From contig CP070669.1 of assembly GCA_020351835.1 (NCBI GenBank), positions 1,736,827 to 1,800,826 of the forward strand: a DNA stretch of 64,000 bases, read 5' to 3'. A program made the translations under genes and the position numbers. Shown piece by piece: positions 18,608-28,648 of the stretch (the stretch's first letter is position 1; each line of letters starts with the position of its first letter). Source of the stretch: Nitrospirota bacterium (GTDB lineage: Bacteria; Nitrospirota; Thermodesulfovibrionia; Thermodesulfovibrionales; BMS3Bbin05). Below the pieces are notes generated by a model. The model was not told the origin of the DNA. It ran no database searches and worked only from the letters and a program-made list of their open reading frames with translations.

Positions 18608-19375
18608 TTATTCATCCGTACCAGATAGCACGAAATTGAAGGAGGCCATAAGCCTGAACTCAGGATCTCTGTTCTGAAATTCATAGCCGGCGCCGAGGAC
18701 AGTATACATATTGTCGAACGACCTTATCCTGTAACCCAGTCTTCCTTCTATGGTCTCAAAACCATCGGAATAATAACTGTCCACCATGAATAACTCAGCT
18801 ATTATATCGATATCATGGGCAGCCTTGAAGTCCATTCCAAGAATGAGCTCCATCTGCTCATCATATGCATCATCGAACGGCTCGGCGTAGATGAAATTAA
18901 TATGACCTGTGAAAGGACCTATCTTCTTACTTATTATCAGACCGGCACCTGCAGAGCCATCGGTCGTAAAAGTATCTTCACCACTTGGAAAAGATGCCAT
19001 CAAGAGGTAAGCTATTGATGGACCATATCTGTTCTCTCCGAAGAAGTTCTGCTTTATTCCTATAAATAAATCCTCTGCGCCATTCGTAACACCCTGAAAG
19101 TTGGACAGATAAGGTGCAGATAACATGATCTCCATCTTCGAAGTAATGGAATAACCAACCTTTAAAGTGCTTCTGAAATAATCAGTTTCTATGGCTTTTT
19201 CGAAGTCTAATCCTATGCTCAATGATCCCTTCTCCGATGTTAACGCACTGAAACCAGAGAATCCTCCGTTTGGCTGAAGGGGCTGCAGCCCGTTAAGCTC
19301 AAAAGCCATGGCGGGAATAGCAATGCTGAACACAGCAGCAAACAAAACCAGGAATAAGATTGTTCCTCGTTTCAT
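18608..19375 (-). CDS. Putative outer-membrane beta-barrel protein
   Basis: The signal peptide is MKRGTILFLVLFAAVFSIAIPAMA. Alternating hydrophobic beta-strand patterns run through the sequence, which has an aromatic-rich C-terminal region (LMASFNF). Confidence 0.55.
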   Translation of the reverse strand: MKRGTILFLVLFAAVFSIAIPAMAFELNGLQPLQPNGGFSGFSALTSEKGSLSIGLDFEKAIETDYFRSTLKVGYSITSKMEIMLSAPYLSNFQGVTNGAEDLFIGIKQNFFGENRYGPSIAYLLMASFPSGEDTFTTDGSAGAGLIISKKIGPFTGHINFIYAEPFDDAYDEQMELILGMDFKAAHDIDIIAELFMVDSYYSDGFETIEGRLGYRIRSFDNMYTVLGAGYEFQNRDPEFRLMASFNFVLSGTDE

Positions 19376-19451
19376 TGCTAACGATAACAAAATAATTCTG
19401 TCACTGTCAACTAAAAGTATTTGAAATATAACGAATTATTCAGGAAGCCTA

Positions 19452-19480
19452 TTGATGGCCGGTCAGTCCTGGCCATTTTT
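19452..19480 (+). terminator. Intrinsic-terminator-like hairpin with no upstream plus-strand gene
   Basis: ATGGCCGG-tcagt-CC(t)GGCCAT forms 8 bp with one bulge. It is followed by TTTTTA. Confidence 0.4.
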
Positions 19481-19487
19481 ATCCAGA

Positions 19488-19516
19488 TTGAACTGAGGTC
19501 GGCTATTTTATATAAT
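19488..19516 (+). promoter_or_regulatory. Sigma70-like promoter for tilS
   Basis: TTGAAC lies at 19488-19493 and TATAAT at 19511-19516, with a 17-nt spacer. The element is about 37 nt upstream of the tilS ATG. Confidence 0.45.
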
Positions 19517-19552
19517 GATTAGGAACATTCTTTTTTTACGGGAAGACAGTTA

Positions 19553-20929
19553 ATGCATATTCTGGATAAAGTAAAACAGGCCATTAAGAGACACTCTATG
19601 CTGTCTGGAGGAGAAAAGGTACTCATTGGGCTTTCCGGAGGCCCGGACTCAGTTTGTCTTTTGCAAATAATGGCGGAGCTGCGGTCCGGACTTGGCATTG
19701 AGATATCTGCAATTTATATTGACCACGGATTAAGACCTGAAGAGATACCGAATGAGATAGCCCTGTGCAAAAGGCTTTGCAAAGAGCGCGGGGTAGACCT
19801 AATAACAGAGTCTATCACGGTTAAATCAAGTCCGCTTGTTAAAGAAATGGGCACACAGGGAGCTGCCAGAGAGCTGAGATACGAAGCTATCCAGAAAGTA
19901 GCTACTGCCACGGGTTCTGATAAGATAGCTCTCGGACATCACATATCTGACCAAGTGGAGACCTTTCTGATCAATATGATCAGGGGTGCAGGTATGTCTG
20001 GACTTTCAGGAATACCTCCGTGTCGAGATAACATAATTCGCCCCCTTATAGGGCTCCACAAGGAAGAGATAGATGAGTTCCTCAGCTCAAATAAGATCGA
20101 ATACATAAGAGACTCATCAAATCTCGACGAAAAATACCTGAGGAACAGAATAAGGTCTTTGATAATCCCGGAACTGCAGAAGATCAATCCCGGGCTTATG
20201 GATACAATTAGCCGGAATGCTGAGATACTCAGGCAGGAAAACGATCATCTGGAAATGATCACTACAAAAACACTTATTAGGTTATTCAGCAGGAGATCAA
20301 AAGAACGGGTAGAACTTTTCCTGGTGCCGATGATATCATTGCCGGCAGTTATCCTAAGGAGGGCTCTAAGGAGAGCTATAGCAGAGATTGTCTCGCTGAG
20401 ATCGGTAAGCTATCAGAACATAGAGGATATGATAGAGCTTGTGAGAAGCGGTGAAACAGGCGGAAGGCTGAGCCTTCCCTGTGGGGTGAGGGTTGTACGC
20501 GAATATTCTGTCCTTGTAATAACGACAGAGCGGCCGCAAGAACTGAAGACCTATACACTTGATATTAATATGGACGTAGTTATTGAGGAAGCAGGTATTA
20601 TGGTTAGTGCTGAAAGGTCTGCTTCACCCATTGAACCCGGGAGCAGGTCCAGAGCAGTTTTCGACCTGACAAAATTAGGACTCCCACTTACGATCAGAAG
20701 GAGGAACGCTGGAGATTTCTTTTATCCTTACGGCTTTGGCAGAAAAAAGAAGATACAAGATTATTTCGTTGATGAAAAGGTTCCCAGGGACCTGAGGGAC
20801 TCGATCCCCCTTATATGCTCCGGAAATGACGTGGTCTGGGTAGTTGGCTACAGGCAGGACGGAAGGTTTGCTCCAGATCAGAATACCAAAGATTTTCTTA
20901 TCCTCACGTCACGTATTATCAATAACTAA
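19553..20929 (+). CDS. tilS: tRNA(Ile)-lysidine synthase
   Basis: The PP-loop motif is LIGLSGGPDSVCL. The length of 458 aa fits a TilS with substrate-binding C-terminal domains. Confidence 0.9.
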   Translation: MHILDKVKQAIKRHSMLSGGEKVLIGLSGGPDSVCLLQIMAELRSGLGIEISAIYIDHGLRPEEIPNEIALCKRLCKERGVDLITESITVKSSPLVKEMGTQGAARELRYEAIQKVATATGSDKIALGHHISDQVETFLINMIRGAGMSGLSGIPPCRDNIIRPLIGLHKEEIDEFLSSNKIEYIRDSSNLDEKYLRNRIRSLIIPELQKINPGLMDTISRNAEILRQENDHLEMITTKTLIRLFSRRSKERVELFLVPMISLPAVILRRALRRAIAEIVSLRSVSYQNIEDMIELVRSGETGGRLSLPCGVRVVREYSVLVITTERPQELKTYTLDINMDVVIEEAGIMVSAERSASPIEPGSRSRAVFDLTKLGLPLTIRRRNAGDFFYPYGFGRKKKIQDYFVDEKVPRDLRDSIPLICSGNDVVWVVGYRQDGRFAPDQNTKDFLILTSRIINN

Positions 20930-20999
20930 AACGTGATATAATTTAACTAGTAAGGTTAGATGCTCTCAGCAGTCTTTGATGAAATAAAGCAAGACAGCT

Positions 21000-21617
21000 A
21001 TGATGGAGGGATCTATGGCAGTCAAGAACACTATAAATTTTGTTATCCTCAGCGTTAACGATATGAGCCAAAAGACTGAAGATAGCATCTCCATGCTCCA
21101 AAACGCTCTTTTTTACAACAAGCGGTCTTTTGTAACAGATGCTCTTTCTCTCACGAATGAGATTCGTGAGAGGAAAGATAAGCTTACAAAGGAACTGGAG
21201 GTTGCGGCTGAGTCCGATCCTGAACTCAAGGTATATATCTCAATTCCGGCCCATCTCGGAAGGGTAAGCGATCTTATAAACAATATAGCTGATTCTATCT
21301 CCTCCAAGATTGATAAACAGCTGTTGTTCAGCGATAAGGCCGTCTCGGAGCTGACTTTCCTGCTTCAAAGGATAAAAGAGATACTTAACACGTTAACGGA
21401 CTATATCCTGGCCAGGAACACCTTTATTGCCAGTTATCTGAAGGAATCGGAGCAGGAAATTGAGCGAAGTGCTACAAAGTTCTCTACCCTTCATGAGGAG
21501 AGATTGATAGAGGGAATATGCACAACAAACGCATCGACACTTTATGTCCAGATGCTGGATGCGATAAAGGGGATAGCATGGCATACAAGGAAGATCGCGG
21601 AGGAATTGATCTCTTAA
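21000..21617 (+). CDS. PhoU-like helical-bundle protein (weak call)
   Basis: It is about 205 aa and helical. Its repeat character resembles PhoU or Na/Pi-cotransporter C-terminal domains. The start is uncertain among three nearby Met codons. Confidence 0.4.
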   Translation: MMEGSMAVKNTINFVILSVNDMSQKTEDSISMLQNALFYNKRSFVTDALSLTNEIRERKDKLTKELEVAAESDPELKVYISIPAHLGRVSDLINNIADSISSKIDKQLLFSDKAVSELTFLLQRIKEILNTLTDYILARNTFIASYLKESEQEIERSATKFSTLHEERLIEGICTTNASTLYVQMLDAIKGIAWHTRKIAEELIS

Positions 21618-21641
21618 TTAACGACAGACCATATAAATGAA

Positions 21642-21671
21642 AGCGGGCCCTGTACAAGGCCCGCTTTTTTT
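21642..21671 (+). terminator. Rho-independent terminator
   Basis: AGCGGGCC-ctgtacaa-GGCCCGCT forms an 8-bp GC-rich stem. It is followed by TTTTTTT and lies 25 nt after the stop of the 21000-21617 ORF. Confidence 0.8.
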
Positions 21672-21686
21672 ATGAATTAAATGTAA

Positions 21687-22139
21687 TTAATGATTCATCT
21701 TATGTTCATGACCATGTCCGGAACCGGCCACCTGGAACTTAAATACGGCTATATCAGTCAATTCCCCCTTATTGACCGATATCCTGATCTCCCACTCTCC
21801 TCCCATATTTATCACAACGTTCTCCGCAATATACATGCCATTACCTTCCCCTTTGATAACCGCTTTCTCATCCACCCCATGTCCCATCCCGGGCATCCAC
21901 GGTACTACCTCTATATTTGCGTCTTTTACAGCATGGCCTTCTTTATCTTCTATCATTATATCAAGCCTGTTCTTCCCTACCTTCATCTCCTTGTCATGCA
22001 CTGACAACTTAACAGCGAAATTTCCGTTATCCGTGTTCATGGAGATCGATCCAGTGCTTTCCATGTGTTTATGTTCCATCCCGGCAATCGCTATGACTGG
22101 AAACATTATCAGAATAATAAAAAAAATCCTTATTTTCAT
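21687..22139 (-). CDS. Secreted FixH/YtkA-like His/Met-rich protein, possibly metal (Cu) binding
   Basis: It has a signal peptide and a beta-sandwich-like pattern (NRLDIMIEDKEGHAVKDANIEVVPWMPGMGHG...GEWEIRISV). The C-terminus reads GSGHGHEHKMNH. Confidence 0.5.
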   Translation of the reverse strand: MKIRIFFIILIMFPVIAIAGMEHKHMESTGSISMNTDNGNFAVKLSVHDKEMKVGKNRLDIMIEDKEGHAVKDANIEVVPWMPGMGHGVDEKAVIKGEGNGMYIAENVVINMGGEWEIRISVNKGELTDIAVFKFQVAGSGHGHEHKMNH

Positions 22140-22229
22140 AGAACACTCCTTTTTTACTTATCTTATTTTATGATGGATTGAACCTGCACAATACATATGA
22201 ACTTTTCGACAAAAAGTTCAACTTGCTTT

Positions 22230-22514
22230 TCATGCAGATATGGGAGGTCTGTCAAGGTCTTCTACAAAGGAGCTCACATAATATCCGATGTCAAATCCCT
22301 TAACAGTGAATGATACAATGAAGTATACAGTTGTAGAAGGAAACAGACATACTCCCTTAAGGTCATTGCTCAGCTGGGAAGTAGCCCCCCCCAACTTGCA
22401 GACTTCAAGCGAACAAATACAGGATCCTGTCCCGCTCTTTGAATGGTCATATGAGACAGGCATCATGAATGCAAAAACAATACAAAATATGACTATTAAG
22501 CCGATAGGCCTCAT
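22230..22514 (-). CDS. Hypothetical small Cys-containing membrane or secreted protein
   Basis: It has only an N-terminal hydrophobic segment. There is no clear SD and I recognised no family. Confidence 0.3.
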   Translation of the reverse strand: MRPIGLIVIFCIVFAFMMPVSYDHSKSGTGSCICSLEVCKLGGATSQLSNDLKGVCLFPSTTVYFIVSFTVKGFDIGYYVSSFVEDLDRPPISA

Positions 22515-22554
22515 TTCATGTATGTTCGATGAAAGCGCGGATGAAAGTCAACTA

Positions 22555-23037
22555 TCAGATGTTTATGATCTCTCCATCCATTGAATCAGTATCAATTACC
22601 GCAATAGTTGCCTTACCGTATAACCAGTGTCCAGCCTCTCCCGGATTTACTAATAAAACGTTGTTCCGCGTCGCAAGCTTAGCCTTGTGTGTATGACCGT
22701 ATACGACAATATCGTAATGGCCGCTATCGGCAAGGGCATCTACTAGATGGTGTTCATGCATTACTATAATCCTCTTGCCAGAATATTCGAACTGATACGG
22801 TTGCTTCATTATCCTGCCTTCCGCCCTCTCATTTAGCAGAAGAAGGTCACCGTCATTATTACCGAACACCCCTACAAACTCAGCATTAAGGTCTCTGTAA
22901 GGTATACATGTAAAAGGTGATGTGAAATCACCCGCATGAACGACCAGGGCCACATTCCTTTCATTGAATATATCTACTGCTTTCTTAATATTGTCGACAT
23001 TGTCGTGAGTATCGGCCAGCACCCCTATCAACGACAT
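22555..23037 (-). CDS. YfcE/MJ0936-family metallophosphoesterase
   Basis: The motifs are LADTHDN, HAGDF, GNNDG and GHTH. The protein is 160 aa. Confidence 0.85.
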   Translation of the reverse strand: MSLIGVLADTHDNVDNIKKAVDIFNERNVALVVHAGDFTSPFTCIPYRDLNAEFVGVFGNNDGDLLLLNERAEGRIMKQPYQFEYSGKRIIVMHEHHLVDALADSGHYDIVVYGHTHKAKLATRNNVLLVNPGEAGHWLYGKATIAVIDTDSMDGEIINI

Positions 23038-23076
23038 CCTATCCTCCTTTGAGTATCAGATCCTGGTTGAGCAGTC

Positions 23077-23117
23077 AAAAAACAAAAGAGGGCCGGACAT
23101 GCGGTCCATTGCCCTCT
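23077..23117 (-). terminator. Rho-independent terminator after the DUF465 gene
   Basis: The minus-strand RNA reads AGAGGGC..GGAC-cgcau-GUCC..GCCCUCU followed by UUUGUUUUUU. It lies 20 nt downstream of the stop. Confidence 0.65.
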
Positions 23118-23136
23118 CTACAGTATATGATTTAAC

Positions 23137-23367
23137 TTAACTTGCTACTGCGTTCTTATATTCTCTTATGAACTCTGCCATGCGGTCCTTCATGGCCAGT
23201 TTCTTTTTCTGGAGTTTTTTCCTTTCAAGCTCTTCTTCTGTCGACAAGTATTTGTTCTTGTCCATTTCGGTGATCTTACCATCAAGTTCCCTGTGCTCTT
23301 CCTCTACCTTTCTGAATTCCTCGTTCTCTTTTCTTAAGGCCTCTACAATTTCGCTTTCTTTCACCAA
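23137..23367 (-). CDS. DUF465 (YdcH-like) coiled-coil protein
   Basis: It is 76 aa with the pattern LRKENEEFRKVEEEHRELDGKI...LSTEEELERKKLQKKKLAMKDRM. Confidence 0.75.
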   Translation of the reverse strand: MVKESEIVEALRKENEEFRKVEEEHRELDGKITEMDKNKYLSTEEELERKKLQKKKLAMKDRMAEFIREYKNAVAS

Positions 23368-23501
23368 AACCTCCTTAACTCCTTAATTAAAAATAAAAAA
23401 GACCCAAAGCACTCAGTTTACAATCCATTTCGATCTGGTTGTGAGTACTTTGTGGCCTTCACTCTTAAAAAATATCATATTCCAGTTCAAATTACAATAT
23501 C

Positions 23502-24125
23502 TTATTTTGGCTCTATAATTTCTACTTGCATTTCAATACGTTCTACCGGATTATCCCTGGCATCCCTCTCCAGGGAGACTATCTTATCTGCCACATCCAG
23601 GCCCTCAACGACCTCTCCAAAGACGGAGTACTGTCCGTCAAGATGAGGGGTATCTGCAACACATATGAAGAACTGTGATCCGGCACTATCAGGATGAGCC
23701 GAACGTGCCATTGATAATGTACCTCTTTTATGTGATCTTTTTGAGAACTCTGCTTTTACGGTGTATCCAGGCCCACCAAGCCCGTGCCTTGCCCTGTTCT
23801 CGTCCTTAGAGTTAGGGTCACCTCCCTGTATCATGAAGTTCGGGATCACCCTGTGGAAGACGGTCCCATCATAGAATCCTTTTTTTGCCAGTTCGATAAA
23901 GTTATCAACGTGATTGGGTGCAACATCCGGGAAGAACTTCAGCTTAATAGTACCAAGCTTGGTCTTGATCACAGCTAGAGTGTCTGACATTTTCTTTATC
24001 TCCTTTTTTGTATAGTTCTTATGCCTGGCTTTACCCCTTTGCAGATACTGCATCTGAGCATCTGCAGAGACAGCAAAGATCAAGATCATTGACATCATAA
24101 AGGTAATGAAAAATCTGTCCCTCAT
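23502..24125 (-). CDS. Cyclophilin-type peptidyl-prolyl cis-trans isomerase, secreted
   Basis: The blocks FHRVIPNFMIQGGDP and SMARSAHPDSAGSQFFI are present. I moved the start to MRDRFFITF..., which forms a TAATG overlap with the hemY stop. Confidence 0.9.
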   Translation of the reverse strand: MRDRFFITFMMSMILIFAVSADAQMQYLQRGKARHKNYTKKEIKKMSDTLAVIKTKLGTIKLKFFPDVAPNHVDNFIELAKKGFYDGTVFHRVIPNFMIQGGDPNSKDENRARHGLGGPGYTVKAEFSKRSHKRGTLSMARSAHPDSAGSQFFICVADTPHLDGQYSVFGEVVEGLDVADKIVSLERDARDNPVERIEMQVEIIEPK

Positions 24126-25492
24126 TATCCTACCTCCTTTAATCCAAGGATCTTTTCGCTCCATATATATGAGTTCTCGATACAGTCGTTCAGCGATATC
24201 CCCCTGTATGCATTACCCGTCAAATAGAATCCCCTCCACTTGCTGATTATCGCATGTATACTAGCAATTATTCTTTGATGACCTACATTGTATTGAGGGA
24301 TGGCGAGGTCATGCTTATATACCCTTACGAACTCGGGATCTGCGTTAATGCCCATTATAGCCCTGAGCTCCGACATAACGTCACCTACTATCTTATCATC
24401 TTCCTGAAGGGCTATATCAGATGCCCTTGCCCCTCCCACCATGGTTCGGAGCAGTACCTTGCCATCAGGTGCTCTGTCAGGGAAAATGCTAGAGTCCCAT
24501 AAGGTCCCAAGTATCCTTCTCCTTTCTTTGTAAGGTACCAGGTAACCAAAACCATCCAGGGATAGTCCGATCTTTTCTTTACTGAATCCCAGACAGGCCA
24601 CTGATACGGCCGGATAGGGTATCTTATCCAGCATTTCCGATATTTCTTTATTCTCCTGCCTGAGTATCTTCGATGAAATATGGGCAGGGGTAGCCAGCAC
24701 CAGTATGTCTGCTTTCATCTCATCACCATTGCCAAGAAATACACCGTAGTTCTTATCCCTCCTGTCGATAGAACTAACCTCTGAGTCGATCTTCAGTCTA
24801 TGGCCAAGCTGCTCCCTCAAACTGTCTATAAGCGAATGCATTCCTCCATCGAAAGTTGTAAGTGTACCGCCGGGGCCTGAACCTACCTTCTTACCCGTCC
24901 CCTTTGCCTCTTTCTGAAGCTTTATCATTCCCCTTATAAGGCTTCCGTATTTACGCTCGATCTCATCAATGCGGGGAAAACAGCTTTTCAAAGAGAGCTT
25001 GCTGCTGTCTCCGGCATAAATCCCGGATGCCATGGGATCTATAAGCTTTTCGTACGCTTCTTTTCCGAGACGCCTCACAGCGAAATCCATAAGGGTCTCA
25101 TCATCAGCCGTTCCCCTGGGAGCAAAGATCTCATAGATTATCCTCAACCTTCCCCTCAAGCTGAGTAGATTCGACCTAAAGAACTCTGGCGGGGACTCGG
25201 GCAGTTTGTGGAGTTGGTCATCCGAGTAGATGAACCTCTTGCGTGCATTATCATTGCTCCTTACCGGTGCGAGCCCCAACATGGAGGCAAGTTCAAGAGT
25301 TCTTGGCTTATTGTCAAGAAAGCCGTTCACACCCCACTCACAGAGGTACCCCTCGGCCCTGTCGGTCCATATCTTGCCACCCGGCCTTGAGGCACTCTCC
25401 AGTACCTCAACATCCAATCCCGGTTCTTTCCTTAAAAGAAAGTAAGCGAGTGATAGACCTGAGATACCTCCACCGACAATTACTATTTTCAT
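24125..25492 (-). CDS. hemY: HemY-type protoporphyrinogen/coproporphyrinogen III oxidase (FAD)
   Basis: The N-terminal FAD fold is MKIVIVGGGISGLSLAY. It is 455 aa and is the last heme gene of the operon. Confidence 0.85.
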   Translation of the reverse strand: MKIVIVGGGISGLSLAYFLLRKEPGLDVEVLESASRPGGKIWTDRAEGYLCEWGVNGFLDNKPRTLELASMLGLAPVRSNDNARKRFIYSDDQLHKLPESPPEFFRSNLLSLRGRLRIIYEIFAPRGTADDETLMDFAVRRLGKEAYEKLIDPMASGIYAGDSSKLSLKSCFPRIDEIERKYGSLIRGMIKLQKEAKGTGKKVGSGPGGTLTTFDGGMHSLIDSLREQLGHRLKIDSEVSSIDRRDKNYGVFLGNGDEMKADILVLATPAHISSKILRQENKEISEMLDKIPYPAVSVACLGFSKEKIGLSLDGFGYLVPYKERRRILGTLWDSSIFPDRAPDGKVLLRTMVGGARASDIALQEDDKIVGDVMSELRAIMGINADPEFVRVYKHDLAIPQYNVGHQRIIASIHAIISKWRGFYLTGNAYRGISLNDCIENSYIWSEKILGLKEVG

Positions 25493-25504
25493 AAGATCAG
25501 ACCC

Positions 25505-26467
25505 CTAACGAGATGTCTTTCTGAGAACAATGTCTTTCAATGCTTCGATGAACTTATGCGATGTATTAAGAGAATCTACTCGTCTGAGCATTATACCATG
25601 TTCCAACGCAAGATCCCTGTACAGTATATCTATCTCATAAAGAGTTTCAATATGGTCCGATACGAAACTGACAGGCACAATAAGTAATTCTTTAATACCC
25701 GTCTTCCCCAACTCTATTATCTTCTCATCGGTCGACGGCTCCAACCATTTGACAGGCCCGCTTCTGCTCTGATAGGCGAGGTGAGAACGGATATCATACC
25801 CTTCAGAACCCAGTCGTTCGTTAACAAGTTCTATGGTGCCCTTAATATGGTCAACATACGGATCACCATTTTCTATGAAACTTTTCGGCAGGCTGTGAGC
25901 GCTGTAAAGAAGTTCAACTTCGGTCCTTCCATCAGGAACGGATCTCTTTATGCTTTCTGCAATAGCATCAACATAAATAGGATGATCATACCATTGCTCT
26001 ACAAAATCAAAATCGATCTCATAATCATCAATGTGCCTTTTCAACTCCCTGAATGCTGAACCTGTCGTAGCTATGGAATAGTGCGGGTACATAGTAAGAA
26101 CAACGCACTCTCTGATACCGTCGTTACTCATATGGTCCATGGCATCTCTTATAAAAGGTTTCCAGTACCTCATGCCGATATAGACCCTGAAGTCATTTTC
26201 TCCGCCAAGGGTCTTTTGAAGTTCCGATGCCTGCTCGCCGGTTATCTTAAGGATCGGGGAACCACCCCCTATCTGTCTGTAGTATCCCCGGGTCTTACCT
26301 GAACGCATGGATGATATCAGCCACGCTAAGGGCTTCTGAAGGAACGGCGGACCAAGTTTGATGATATCTCTGTCCGAGAAGAGGTTGTAAAGAAAAGGCC
26401 TTACTGCTTCAAGTGTATCAGGACCGCCAAGATTAAGAAGCAATACGCCTTTGGGTCTTTCACCCAT
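25505..26467 (-). CDS. hemH: Ferrochelatase (proto- or coproporphyrin type not resolvable by eye)
   Basis: The blocks LLNLGGPD, MRYWKP, YPHYS and PVSFVSDHIETL are present. Confidence 0.9.
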   Translation of the reverse strand: MGERPKGVLLLNLGGPDTLEAVRPFLYNLFSDRDIIKLGPPFLQKPLAWLISSMRSGKTRGYYRQIGGGSPILKITGEQASELQKTLGGENDFRVYIGMRYWKPFIRDAMDHMSNDGIRECVVLTMYPHYSIATTGSAFRELKRHIDDYEIDFDFVEQWYDHPIYVDAIAESIKRSVPDGRTEVELLYSAHSLPKSFIENGDPYVDHIKGTIELVNERLGSEGYDIRSHLAYQSRSGPVKWLEPSTDEKIIELGKTGIKELLIVPVSFVSDHIETLYEIDILYRDLALEHGIMLRRVDSLNTSHKFIEALKDIVLRKTSR

Positions 26468-26468
26468 C

Positions 26469-27497
26469 TTACTTACTGCTTATTTCATGCACGGCATCAA
26501 CGAGTGCCTTTGCGCCATCTACAGGGGTCTCAGGAATTATGCCGTGACCGAGATTGAATATATGCCCCCTCGCAGAAGAGGCCTTGCTCAGGATATCTTT
26601 TGCAGCTTCCCGGATCGAATCCCTAGGCATGAAGAGGCACAAAGGGTCTAGATTCCCCTGTATGGAACGTTTTTTACCGATCTGTTTGGCCGCTTTTGCC
26701 ATATCTATGCGCCAGTCTATCCCAAGTACATCTGATCCGGCCTTCCTGGCAATGTCAAGTATACCTGCGCAGTTATTAACAAAGTAGATTATCGGTACGC
26801 CCTTCTTTTTCAGTACCTTGACAGCATCTTTAACAAAAGGCAGAGAGTATCTCTCATAGTCTGCCGGCGAGAGTGCTCCAGCCCAGCTATCGAATATCTG
26901 TATAGCCTGTGCTCCTGCGTCTATCTGAGCAGACAGGTATGCAACAGTATTATCAGTGATCCTCTCCATCAGTTCCATAAAAAGAGGTGGGTTCTGGTAC
27001 ATCATCCGTTTAGTGTTAAGGAAGGTCTTTGAGCTTCCACCTTCTATCATATATGTGGCCAGTGTGAAAGGCGCTCCCGCAAAGCCTATAAGAGGCACCT
27101 TTTTGGCAAGTTCCCTGCGGAGGATCCTGATGGTATCAAGAACAAACGGGACATCCTCTTCAGGCTCAATATCAATAAGCTTCTCGACCGACCTTCTGTC
27201 CCTTACTGGATTGCTGAACACCGGGCCCTTCTTCTCAAGGAACCTGAGCTTAAGACCCATAGGCTCCAAAGGTATCAATATATCCGAAAAGAGGATGGCG
27301 GCATCAACTCCAAGAATGTCTATCGGCTGGATAGTGACCTCCGCCGCAAGTTCCGGTGTCTTACATAACGTGAGGAAATCCACTTTTGATCTTACCTTTT
27401 GATAGTCGGGCAGATACCTTCCGGCCTGGCGCATGATCCAGATCGGCGTATATTTAACCTCTTCTCCTCGGCATGCTTTAAGAAAGGTATCGTTCAT
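26469..27497 (-). CDS. hemE: Uroporphyrinogen decarboxylase
   Basis: The blocks PIWIMRQAGRYLPDY, IQPIDILGVDAAILFSDIL and IFNLGHGI are present. Confidence 0.92.
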   Translation of the reverse strand: MNDTFLKACRGEEVKYTPIWIMRQAGRYLPDYQKVRSKVDFLTLCKTPELAAEVTIQPIDILGVDAAILFSDILIPLEPMGLKLRFLEKKGPVFSNPVRDRRSVEKLIDIEPEEDVPFVLDTIRILRRELAKKVPLIGFAGAPFTLATYMIEGGSSKTFLNTKRMMYQNPPLFMELMERITDNTVAYLSAQIDAGAQAIQIFDSWAGALSPADYERYSLPFVKDAVKVLKKKGVPIIYFVNNCAGILDIARKAGSDVLGIDWRIDMAKAAKQIGKKRSIQGNLDPLCLFMPRDSIREAAKDILSKASSARGHIFNLGHGIIPETPVDGAKALVDAVHEISSK

Positions 27498-27514
27498 ATA
27501 TCCTCCAGTCGTTC

Positions 27515-28594
27515 TTATTTATTTGAAATATCATGTTTCTTTATTTTTGCAGGCACATAACTGCAGAACGGCTCCTCGTCCATATAATTGCCTGTGACCG
27601 CATAAGCCCTTGCCCTGCAACCTCCGCACACATTTATATACTCACATGCTCCGCACTTGCCCTTGTAGCTTTTAAAATCCCTCATATCCCTGAACAGCTC
27701 AGAGTTCTCCCATATCTCTTTGAACGGCTGCTTGAAAACATTTCCTGCAGACTTCGGAAAGTAACTGCAGGGTAACACTTCTCCATCGACATCGATCAGA
27801 CAGATAAGTTGTCCGGCTATGCACCCTTTCGCACCACCAGTGGAGAACTTCAGAGATCTTTTCTGGAACTTTTCACCATCCTTCTTGGACCTTTGCAGAA
27901 CTACTCTGTAATAATGGGGGGCGCATGTAGGTCTGACTAGCATATCATGCTCCTCTTTTTCCATATCATAATGCCAGTCAAGTATCTCTTCATATTCTTC
28001 CTTCGATATAAGCTCGCTCATTATGTCCTCACCTCTCCCGGTCGGGACTATCATGAACATATACCATGCCGTAGCTCCGATCTTCTTGGCCAGTTGATAT
28101 ACCTTCGGTATCTCTTCCTGATTTCGCTTCGTAAAGGAAGAGTTTATGATAAACTCGATCCCATGCTTCTTGAAAAGCCCAGCAGCCCTTAAAGTCCCAT
28201 CGAACGCACCTTTCTGGTTCCTGAAGTCGTCATGAACCTCCTTTGTAGAACCATCGAGGCTCAGAGATACGATCCTGATCCCTGACTCCTTCATCTTCTC
28301 ACATTTCTCGTCGTTAACAAGAACACCGTTGGTTGCCATGCACATTCTGAGTCCCTTGTCCGTCCCGTATCTGGCGATATCGAACACGTCCTTGCGCATT
28401 AACGGCTCCCCGCCAGAAAGAACGACCACAGGTTCAGAGTATGAAGCTATGTCGTCAAGCACCTTAAAGGCGTCTTCGGTAGAAAAATCGGGATGATCCT
28501 TAACTACCGCCTCAGAAGACGATCGGCAGTGGACACACTTAAGGTTGCATCTTCTGGTAACTTCCCATGCTATCCATTTAGGGCTGAAATCCAT
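27515..28594 (-). CDS. Radical SAM/SPASM protein of the NirJ/AhbD-like type; first gene of the heme operon
   Basis: The radical SAM motif is [14 protein letters not shown] (Cx3Cx2C). The C-terminal SPASM cysteines are [18 protein letters not shown]. Confidence 0.75.
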   Translation of the reverse strand: MDFSPKWIAWEVTRRCNLKCVHCRSSSEAVVKDHPDFSTEDAFKVLDDIASYSEPVVVLSGGEPLMRKDVFDIARYGTDKGLRMCMATNGVLVNDEKCEKMKESGIRIVSLSLDGSTKEVHDDFRNQKGAFDGTLRAAGLFKKHGIEFIINSSFTKRNQEEIPKVYQLAKKIGATAWYMFMIVPTGRGEDIMSELISKEEYEEILDWHYDMEKEEHDMLVRPTCAPHYYRVVLQRSKKDGEKFQKRSLKFSTGGAKGCIAGQLICLIDVDGEVLPCSYFPKSAGNVFKQPFKEIWENSELFRDMRDFKSYKGKCGACEYINVCGGCRARAYAVTGNYMDEEPFCSYVPAKIKKHDISNK

Positions 28595-28648
28595 GATAAC
28601 TCCGTAAAATCAGATCTATATTATGATCGGCCAAAAAAGCAGTAATTA

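Noticed and set aside
22188-22208. The AU-rich hairpin GAACTTTT-cgaca-AAAAGTTC between the 22230 ORF and the FixH-like gene
   Set aside because: The stem is weak and AT-only with no U-tract. The upstream ORF itself is doubtful.
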